From assembly GCA_023920165.1 (NCBI GenBank), contig CP089277.1:4340001-4404000 (forward strand): a stretch of DNA of 64,000 nucleotides. Reading direction: 5' to 3'. This stretch comes from Curvularia clavata (Eukaryota). The first letter of the stretch is position 1. The number at the start of each line of letters is the position of its first letter. Positions 24,701 through 34,337 of this stretch are shown one piece after another. Under the pieces are notes generated by a model that saw only the letters and a list, made by a program, of their open reading frames with translations, did no database searches and had not been told where the DNA came from. A program made the position numbers and the translations under genes.

Positions 24701-25934
24701 CTCTGCCGAGGTCGAGGTCGACGCCGACACATCTGACAAGAAAACGTAGCATCGTGCCGCATTCTTGTACCACTGGAACATCGAGTTGATCGCCTTAGAG
24801 CGCTCACTGTTATTCCATCTATCGATACAGCATGTGTCAATCCAGAAGTACTGCAGCCCGTCCTGAGCTGCTTGTTCGGCACAGAACCGTAGCTTCTGGT
24901 AGCCTTCCTCTTTCTTTTTGTAGTTTCCATTAAATATGTCTTCAATAAGAATCTCAGAGTCGCCCCATCGGTGCGATAGAATAGCGTAGGGCGGGATCGG
25001 CTTGTCGCGAAAGTCTGTCAGGATCAGTCTGCCCGGTGCGTCTAAATGGAGGAGCCGCATGGCGCTTGCAGCTCGGACTTTAGTCTAAAGAACTAGAGGC
25101 ATGAACAACTTTTGTGGTAGATGAGTGAGAGCAGAATGTTAGCAGGAGTAGAATGGCATCTTTACGATAAAGCAGAGAAGGCAGTCTGGTGAGGCAGTGC
25201 ACACAGCCGGGCTGAAGATGCTGCTGGCTGCATTAAGCGCCCAGCGTCCTGCACTGCCTCCACTCACCATTTACACTAAGGCAGTGTTTGCCTTGCAAAC
25301 TCATGGCAGAAGAGTGTATATATAGGTAAGGTGCTAGTAACATAGCTAACTAATCTATAAAGGTTATCGTTATAGCGTCTCGCTTGGCTCTATGCGACGG
25401 GGGCGGCTGCCTACACGGCCCGGGAATAAGAGCTGTCTAAGGTCAGGCGATGAGTGAGAGCCGCAGCTCTCAGCCACAGCGCGCAACCCCTCGCAGATAT
25501 CTCAGCACGCTACCGCTGCCAAACGCCGCTAAAGTCGCACGGCCGGCTTGTCGCGTTTTGACGATGTTGTCGCCAGCGCGGAGAAACTGCCGGGATTCAC
25601 ACTCCTTACGTTAAGTCGATTCTTTAAGTGTGCAGTCTTGATCTTTGCCATCTTAGCTTTCTTTCTAGTCTACCGAACTATGTAGAATTTTATGCTGTCG
25701 CGAATAAACAAGGGTGTATTAGAGGTGAGTCGATAAACGGCACTGACAGAACGAGCGACAGCATAGCCAACAACACGCTTTTTGGCGTCGGAGGGTGATA
25801 CGCTGGGAGAGCAAGAGCTGTAAAATTGATACGAATTGTGTTTGTCTATTTTTGAGTACGTTACACGCAACCCGAGCATCCGGAAGAAAAGGTGTCCCGT
25901 CACACCGTGCGTCCCGGCACGCGAGGATTGACAT
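21779..25934. mobile_element. Non-autonomous long-TIR element 1 carrying a HET-NB-ARC-TPR gene
   Basis: Left end atgacaatcctcgcgtgccgggacgcccggtgtaacgggacac matches the reverse complement of the right end (gtgtcccgtcacaccgtgcgtcccggcacgcgaggattgacat). Similarity runs ~500 bp inward (21779-22290 vs 25420-25934). TA on both sides. No transposase inside. Confidence 0.8.
22562..25060 (-). pseudogene. NLR-like HET-NB-ARC-TPR gene with a single premature stop (TAG at 23621-23623)
   Basis: HET domain (YAILSHRW, YFWIDTCCID, WFTRGWTLQELIAP), Walker A GSGGIGKS, Walker B LLIFDNV and 42-aa TPR repeats (LGxEHPDTLTSVNNL). The two track ORFs are in the same frame across one TAG. Confidence 0.9.
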
Positions 25935-26091
25935 TAGTATAGTAAATAATATATAGTTATTATTCTCGCTTTATCTATCGTTGCATACGTAGTTATTAAT
26001 AAAACTTAGATTCTAGTGAAAGCTGAACCCTGCACTTGAGCACTCAATTTACAGTCTATACACGATGATACAAACAATCATTCAGCCCTCT

Positions 26092-26950
26092 TTAAAATTT
26101 AAAGCTTCTAATGACAATCTTGACAAGTCTACGTGACAGTCTTGAGATCTTTTTCGAAATCGGTCCTGCAAGCTGCTGTTCTTGTAACGCACACATATTA
26201 GTGTAATGCTGGCAACAAGCTAGGGTAGTAGGATGCCCTTCTCTAAGAATGAGGTTGTATCCAGTAGACGCCCTCTGATATAGACGTAAAGGCTCATCTA
26301 TACAATGCTGCTCAGCAAGGGAATAGGCAAGATAATAGACGCTAGTCAGCGTGTCTAAATGCTCAGGCCCTAATACCTTCTCTCGCAGCGCCAGCGTCTG
26401 CCGGTTTATCACTTCAGCCTCTTTATGCTTTTTCTGGCTACTTAACACCTATGCTAAGTTGCTTATACTAGTTAGCGTGTCCGGATGCTTAGGCCCTAGC
26501 ACCTTCTCTCGCAGCACTAGCGTTTGCCAGTTTACTTCCTCTACCTCCTTGCACTTTCCCTGACTATTTAAAATCTAAGCTAAGTTATGCATGCATGTTA
26601 GCGTAGATGGATGCTCACTTCCTAGCACCTTCTTATATTAGGCAAGTGTCTGCTCATTTATGGCCTTAGCCTCCTTATACTTTTTCTGGCTATTCAGTAC
26701 TAACGCTAAGTTATACATACTTGCTAGCGTAAACGGATGCTCAGACCCTAGTATCTCTGTACTTAACAGCGATGCTTTTCGGTGCGCCGTCTCCGCTAAT
26801 CTGTGTTGTCCTAAATTTTCCCAAAATTGGCCTTTTTGTTTAGATAGTAAAGCCCACTTCTCCTACTCGCTATATCTATCCGACCAACCATCAAACGCTA
26901 TATGCACTGCTTGTTGCATTTCTAGAAGCCTCTCAGTTATGAAACTTGGC
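26092..26950 (-). pseudogene. RIP-degraded TPR-repeat (NLR C-terminus-like) gene remnant
   Basis: Repeats of LGxEHxxTLTS/ASM with in-frame stops (e.g. …EQTLA*YKKVLG) and an HPTTLACCQHY tail. Confidence 0.7.
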
Positions 26951-27348
26951 GGTCTTCTGTGGCTCTTCAAAGATGTGTATCCAGTTATTGTCGTACAAAT
27001 CTTGACTACCTAGGCATAGTAGATCCTAAGTAGAACGTCGGAAATCCAGCTATCGTAAGTTGCAAAACCGCCCTCACCCTTTGTGCAAGCGACGATTTGA
27101 AACGACCCCTGTCAGCCTAGGGTCTCCCTTGCTAGTCTCCGCTAATCATAGACAGATAAGAGATACTAGCCCTAAGATAGCTAGCTCGTGACTATCGCCC
27201 ACGCTTACATGTAAAATAGGTCTATTGCAATACGTTAAGCAAGATACACAGCATAACGCTGGACTACAATATAGACCGACAGTTCTACGATTTATCCTTA
27301 TTAGGTAGTTAGCAAGTCGTTCAGCACGTACGGCAGATCAACACTAAG

Positions 27349-30300
27349 CTACTCAGCTTCCCACTGTTCTAGGGCAGCTAAAGAAGACTGAGCATCAGGG
27401 TGGCTGGCTTTCAGCACTCGCTGACGCTGCTGTACGCACTGGCTCATTAAGCCTACAGCATCTTCTGTCCGACCCTGTGCTTTCCATGTAAATGCCAGGT
27501 TGTGCATGCTGCTCAGCGTGTGTGGATGGTCTGCTCCAAGCTTCGTCTCGCGAGTCTCCATCACCTGCACGTCCAGCGTCTCGGCCTCGTCCCACCGGCC
27601 TTGCTTTCTGTATGTCGACGCCAGGTTGTGCATGCTAGTTAGCGTGTCTGGGTGGTCTGCTCCAAGCTTTATCTTGCGAGTCTTTATCACCTGTATAAAC
27701 AGCGCCTCAGCCTCGTTCCATCGGCCTTGGTTCCAGTATGTCGACGCCAGGTTGTGCATACTGCTTAGCGTAGAGGGATGGTCTGCTCTAAGCTTCGTCT
27801 TGCGAGTCTCCATCACCTGCATGTCTAGCGCCTCGGCCTCGTCCCACCGGCCTTGGTTCCTATATGTCGACGCCAGATTGTGCATGCTAGTTAGCGTATC
27901 TGGGTGGTCTGCTCCAAGCTTCGTCTTATAAGTCTCCATCACCTGTACGTCCAGCGCCTCGGCCTCGTTCCATCGGCCTTGGTTCCTGTATATCGACGCC
28001 AGATTGTGCATGCTGCTCAGCGTAGAGGGATGGTCTGCTCCAAGCTTCGTCTTGCGAGTCTCCATCACCTGCACGTCCAGCGCCTTAGCATCGTCCCACC
28101 GGCCTTGGTTCGTGTATGTCAACGCCAGGTTGTGCATACTAGTTAGCGTGTCTGGGTGGTCTGCTCCGAGCTTTATCTTGCGAGTCTCCATCACCTGCAC
28201 AAATAGCGCCTCAGCCTCGTCCCACCAGCCTTGGTTCCAGTATGTCGACGCCAGGTTGTGCATGCTAGTCAGCGTGTCTGGGTGGTCTGCTCCAAGCTTC
28301 GTCTTGTAAGTCTCCATCACCTGCACTTCCAGCGTCTTGGCCTCGTCCCACCGGCCTTGCTTTCTGTATGTCGACGCCAGATTGGCTATACTAGTTAGCG
28401 TGTCTGGATGGTCTGCTCCAAGCTTCGTCTTATAAGTCTCCATCACCTGTACGTCCAGCGCCTCGGCCTCGTTCCATCGGCCTTGGTTCCTGTATATCGA
28501 CGCCAGATTGTGCATGCTGCTCAGCGTAGAGGGATGGTCTGCTCCAAGCTTTGTCTTGCTTGTCTCCATCACCTGCACGTCCAGCGCCTTAGCATCGTCC
28601 CACCGGCCTTGGTTCGTGTATGTCAACGCCAGGTTGTGCATGCTGCTCAGCGTGTGTGGATGGTCTGCTCCAAGCTTCGTCTTGTAAGTCTCCATCACCT
28701 GCACAAACAGCGTCTCGGCCTCGTCCCACCGGCCTTGCTTTCTGTATATCGACGCTAGGTTGTGCATGCTAGTCAGTGTGTCTGGGTGGTCTGCTCTAAG
28801 CTTCATCTTGCGAGTCTCCATCACCTGCACGTCCAGCGCCTCGGCCTCGTTCCATCGGCCTTGGTTCGTGTATGTCGACGCCAGGTTGCCTATGCTAGTC
28901 AGTGTATCTGGGTGGTCTGCTCCAAGCTTCGTCTTGCAAGTCTCTATCGCCTGTACTTCTAGCACCTCGGCCTCGTCCCACCGGCCTTGCTTTCTATATG
29001 TTGACGCCAGGTTGGCTATGCTAGTCAGCGTAGAGGGATGGTCTGCTCCGAGCTTTATCTTGCGAGTCTCCATCACCTGCACAAACAGCGTCTCAGCCTC
29101 GTCCCATCGGCCTTGGTTCCAGTATGTCGACGCTAGGTTGGCCATGCTGGTCAGCGTAAAGAGATGGTCTGCTCCAAGCTTTATCTTGCGAGTCTCCATC
29201 ACCTGCACTTCCAGCGTCTCAGCCTCATCCCACCGGCCTTGCTTTCTATATGTCGACGCCAGGTTAGCTATACTGGTTAGTGTAGAAGGATGGTCTGCTC
29301 CGAGCTTTGTCTTGCTCGTCTCCATCACCTGCACAAACAGCGTCTCAGCCTCATCCCACCGGCCTTGGCTCGTGTATGCCGACGCCAGGTTGGCCATGCT
29401 AGTTAGCGTAAAGAGATGGTCCGCTCTAAGCTTCGTCTTGTAAGTCTCCATCACCTGCACAAACAGCGCCTCAGCCTCGTCCCATCGGCCTTGGTTCCAG
29501 TATGTCGACGCCAGGTTGGCCATGCTGGTCAGCGTGTGTGGATGGTCTGCTCCGAACTTCGTCTTGCTCGTCTCCATCACCTGCACCTCTAGCATCTCCG
29601 CATTAGACCATAGCCCTCCAAGTTTGTATGCTAATCCGACCATAGCTATGCTCTGTAGAGTCTCCATATGCTCTTCACCTAGCACTCTCTTCCGCGCCTC
29701 CATTGCCTTTATAGCGAGCATTTTAGCATCAGTAACATTTCCTATCCTCTCTGCAAACCACGCCGCACGGTAGAGTACCATCGCCCAATCTACTGTTGAA
29801 GATTCGTCTTTAGGTTGCTGTTCTACGGCGGCCTTGGCATGCGCATAGAGTGCTCGACAAACTGCCCAGTTCTCGTACTCTCCTGTTGGAAACGCTGCGT
29901 GTAGATTGCTAATAAACTGCTGCTTCCACCGCTCGAGCTTGTTATTATCCTCGAGCCATTTCCGCATTGCTAGTTGCACTAGCGCATGCATCTCAAAGCT
30001 CGTGCCAGTAGTATCGACATAAATGAAGCAGAAGTTTCGCAGCACTGCTACGGCGTCTTCGAATTCGTCGTCACCTGCACCAGACTGGGAAGTATCGCTA
30101 TCTGACTCATCGTCACTGTCTGCCTTTATCTGGCCCGTCTGGGCTTCTCCTCGCTCAGCGTGAGGCTGAAGCAGGGCTGCTGGAATACCTTGTCGGTCAA
30201 AGAAGCTCATCAGCGAGAGCAGGTCTGCTGCGGCTGGCTGCGTCTGTCGTATATACTCAAATGAGATTAGCCATGTAACAGCAATCGCACTCTTCGCTTC

Positions 30301-31324
30301 CCAGTCGCGCCGGAGCTGGCTGGCATCGTGGGCAAGGAGACGTAGCCGCTTGCGGTCGCTCTTCCTAAACTCTTCGAGGTACTTTGCCACCGAGTATAGC
30401 GGTGCTCTTCGTGAGATGTACGCTGCAGCTTGCACAATAGCGAGCGGTATATACTCGAGCTCCACTGCGAGCTCAGCGACATTGCTTTTGTCACTCTGCG
30501 CTCCCAGCTTCTTGCTAAATAGCGCTAACGCCTGCACCTCGTCCATCGGCTCTACATCAAGCACGTCGCGTCCTTCAACTAGCTTCAGCGCCGCGTCCTT
30601 ATTCCGCGTCGTTATGAGGATCGAGCCGTGCTCGCAGTGGGGGAGGTACTCGCGCAGTAGTCTGCCAGCGCCTGTTGCGTTAGCAGCCTGGCCGCCTCTA
30701 TCAGCTCGAACATCAAGAAGGCGAGCGTCGTCAACGTTGTCTAGCACAAGCAGCCACCGCTGCTTGCAGTCGCATAGCCAGTCGTGCACCAGCTTGAAGA
30801 TATTCGCCTGCGGGTCTCGCCGCCCAGCGATCTTAGCCCGGTCGGCGATATCGCGGAAGCTCTGCTCGAACCGGGCCGCGTTGCTGGCGTGCATCCAGAA
30901 CACCCAAGTCTCGGGCGACCGCTCGCGTATGCGGTATGCATATTCGATGGCGAGCTGCGACTTGCTTCTCTGCTATTAGCGTGTGATACTAGATGAGCAA
31001 GCGTTTGCCTACCCTACGCCGCCGAGGCCGACGAGTGCAGCACGCGCGCCCGGCACAGCGCATATCTGGTCAACCTTGTCGAGTGTGGTGCCGCGCTCGA
31101 CGAAGTCGGTATCGCGGGCGAACGGTATAAGGATAGATGGGAGTGGTGGAGTCTCGCGTCGTTCTAAGGCGAGAGTGTGGTTAGTGCGTGTTCGGGCGCT
31201 GAGTCTCCGTAGGGTAGTCCCGCAACTTACCAGGTGGTAGGTAGAACGTAGCGCTCGCCGGGCCGTTGATAATACCAGCCTGGAAGCCGGCGTTCGAGTC
31301 GCTAAACGAGATGGCGGAGGCCAT
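27349..31324 (-). CDS. NLR with N-terminal PP (pseudo-palindromic, RHIM-like) amyloid motif, NB-ARC domain and ~18 TPR repeats (PNT1-like); exons 31324-31231, 31163-31013, 30964-27349
   Basis: The spliced N-terminus is MASAISFSDSNAGFQAGIINGPASATFYLPPERRETPPLPS…ALVGLGGVGKSQLAIEY. GT-AG introns at 31164-31230 and 30965-31012, the second splitting Walker A. Walker B WLLVLDNVDD, IPLAIVQAAAYI, FEMHALVQ, then 42-aa TPRs. Confidence 0.9.
27400..29690 (-). repeat. Highly conserved 126-bp tandem repeat array encoding TPRs
   Basis: About 18 units of …LGADHPxTLxSMxNLAxTYxNQGRWDEAExLxVQVMETxKTK, near-identical at DNA level. Confidence 0.9.
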
Positions 31325-31571
31325 GATACTTTAGCAGAAGTGTGGTGTACATACAGTGGCGTCTGCTGCGAGGTCTCAGCTGGGCTTCAGCCGGGCTACC
31401 TGCGCCGCTGGCTTGCAGGACTCTCGGCCCCTACTTTGCAACTTTATAGCTACAGAGCCTCTTTGCTTTACGCCTCAGCTAAGCACACATCTTCTTTAAT
31501 CTCCTTATTTATACTGTTAACTCTACAGTCGCCTCTCCACTCTTTTTTCTTTAATTACTACCAAACACGAG

Positions 31572-32230
31572 ATGACAGATCCTCTCAGCATTACTGCCAG
31601 CGTTATAAGTATTACCGTACTAGCCTTGCACGGCATACGCTTGCTCATAGAAGACCTGCAGCTGCTCAAGGAGGCCCCTAAAACTGTCAAGCGCCTTTTA
31701 GAAGACGTAAAGTCTGTCGAAACATCGGTCAGATTACTTCAAAGTGTCGGAGAGAGAGAATAGAATCTTCTTGGTGCAAGACCAAATTCGGAGCAGACCA
31801 TTCACGAACGCTAACCAGCATGAACAACCCATCAGTTACCTACAAGCATCAAGGTCTGTGGGATGACGCCGAGATGCTAGATATGCAGGTAATGGAGACG
31901 AGCAAGGCCAAGCTCGGAGCAGATCATCCAGATACGCTGACCAGCATGTCCAACCTGGCGTCGGCATACTGGGGCCAAGGCCGGTGGGACGAGGCTGAGA
32001 CGCTGTTTGTGTAGGTGATGGAGACGAGCAAGACGAAGCTCGGAGCAGACTATCTAGACACGCTGGCCAGCATGTACAACTTGGCATTTGCATGGAAAGC
32101 ACAAGGTCGGATAGCAGATGCTGTAGGCTTAATGAGCCGGTGTTTACAGGGCCGTCGGCAAGTACTAAAAGCTAGCCATACGGACGTTCAGTCTTCGTTG
32201 ATGGTTTTAGAATAGTGGAAGGCAGGATAG
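31572..32230 (+). pseudogene. Truncated HeLo-like (HELL/HELLP-type) effector joined out of frame to a TPR fragment
   Basis: MTDPLSITASVISITVLALHGIRLLIEDLQLLKEAPKTVKRLLEDVKSVE…ERE*NLLGA is a HeLo-like N-terminus. From ~31778 the sequence switches to TPR units and a C-terminus similar to the neighbouring NLR (AFAWKAQGRIADAVGLMS), with stops. Confidence 0.75.
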
Positions 32231-34337
32231 GTTGGTGTTAGTTTACTACATAAGCTGAAGCAGTCGCTGCCTAGTCAGCGTAGAACGCAGACCTGGCAAT
32301 TTATTGTATCCGTGCCGAGGCTTAGCTGACGTAGCTTAGTAATAAGTTATGCTTTGGCACGGATAGCTTTTTGTTTTGCGTGTAGATCAATGTATTGTCA
32401 TGATTAGACCTGTTTTGCATACCAGAGTGGTCTCTGGTACCGAGCTAGCTGTCTTAGGGTTAGTATATTTTAGATCTCTGTGATTGGCGGAGCTAAGCAA
32501 GGGGTACCCTAGGTCTGCAGGGGTCTTTCCAAATCGTCGCTTGCGCAAAGGGTGAGGGCGGTTTTGCAACTTACTGTATAGCAAGGTAACGACAGCATGA
32601 ATAAAGATCCTAGAACAAAGAGAGTTGAGATGAAGACGGAAAGCTATTACACAGAAGAAATCTTATATGCTGAATATAAATCGGGTGCTGTCTTATTCTA
32701 TCACATAATCAGACAACTATTCATAATACTTGACTATCTATGGTTAATACACATCAGTAAGCTGCACACATCACAATCTACATCCTGGTTGTTTGACGCA
32801 GGCCTGCAAGGGATCGTCCATACCGAAGCCGCAGTAATTAGACGATCATAACAACAGACCATGAAAGTCCTTCCGCCCTTCGTTCTGTACAATTGCATCG
32901 ACTTATAGCTTTCCTCTAGGCATCGAAATACCCGTCTTCCAACACCCCCGCTTAATGATAGCTTGAAACCTGACGCGTGGCAGTAGACTTGCTATAGGTA
33001 TCATATGTAGTTGCTGCTACAAAATAATAGCCTATCTTACGGTGGGCTAATGCAGTTTTTACCAGAGGGTCTTGCTTCTTGGCTGGTGACCACTGCTTTA
33101 TCTTTGACACAACTCCATCTGGCCTAGCGTAACAAGCAGGAACACTTTGAAGTGTGATGCTTGTTACGCTAGTCTCTCTCTGGTTAGGAGAGAATCTTGC
33201 CACTTAGAACTTACAAACGAGTAACGTCCGTCCCTGTGGGTCAAATATCCCTGCGCAACGAATCACCAACATTCCCCAAGCATCTTACGCCCAAGCCGCA
33301 GAGGCGCTTAGACATAATCACACGTTTATAAACTTTCTAAGCCTACTTCTATCTATTACAGGCCTTGAATAGCAAAATTACAGCAATTTAGGGTGTGTAT
33401 ACGAATCTTTCTTGTTAAGCGTAAAAGGCGCGATAACGATACACCCCTGTTCAGTCCTCTATAGAAGCAGATCTAGCTTATTCGGAAAGTTTATATTATG
33501 TATAATATGTCGAAGACGCTATGTGTGTTATATCAAGACATGCAGCATCTGTTCAGATGCACTCCGAGTTTGTCCGACTTGATATGCCAGTTCTCCGCGT
33601 TTAGCGAGAGGATTTAGAACGCTTACATAGCAGGATTGAGAACGCTTAGCGGCCTACGATGTACACCTGCGCTATGCCAAAACTGCTGAAGCTGTGGCGC
33701 AAAGCTCTAGAAGCTTCTACCCTGTACTGCGCAAGCGCGCAGCTAACGCATGCGCCGGTGTTTGCATGGAGAGCGCCTGTAGCTAGGATATACTAGATCA
33801 CTTTCTCTAGCTCTGTACAATGGGGTCTCGCGGCGTTGAGTATGATAGATAGAAAGGCGAATACAAATCGAGTTCAAATCTAGATGTTATCCACAAGTGT
33901 TGCATTTGCGCGACTGCTTTCTTATCTTGTTCTGCGTCGTAACGGGCAAGCTTTGAGTGCGTCGGTGCTTAGACCTCTACTAACAGCGCCAAGGGCCTCA
34001 TTACTCCAGCTCTCGATGCAGACGCGTTTCAGCCTTGCGAGCAGTGCACGGAGCATGCATGGCATGCCTTACCCCGCCTGCGGGTTCACACAGCCTTCAC
34101 CACCAAGTCAAGGATACAGCGAAAGCCGGCAGCCTCAGCTCGCGACATATTGACACATCACAGGATCCTGCTGGTACCTGAGCTAATGCACCTGCTCGTC
34201 GTCCTCTCTGTATGCTTACTATCTATCGGTAGCAGGAAAGCAGCTAACAAGCAAGCGCCCGCACTATCAGGCTACTAAGTTCAGCCTTTCGAGTCCTGTT
34301 CTTATCGCATATATCTACCATACACCCACACGAATCT

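Larger units (their letters stand above)
27053..32576. mobile_element. Non-autonomous TIR element 2 carrying a PP-NLR and a HELLP remnant
   Basis: 27055 gtaagttgcaaaaccgccctcaccctttgtgcaagcgacgatttg matches the reverse complement of 32530-32574. Clear TIR similarity covers ~190 bp, with weaker similarity continuing inward. The right end reads CAGTAAGTTGCAAAA (Tc1/mariner-like). TA at 27051-52 and 32577-78. Confidence 0.8.

Noticed and set aside
27500..29773. Repetitive + strand ORFs over the TPR array, and similar minus-strand ORFs over the WD40 array at 36873-38843
   Set aside because: These are antisense shadows of coding tandem repeats with no independent motifs.
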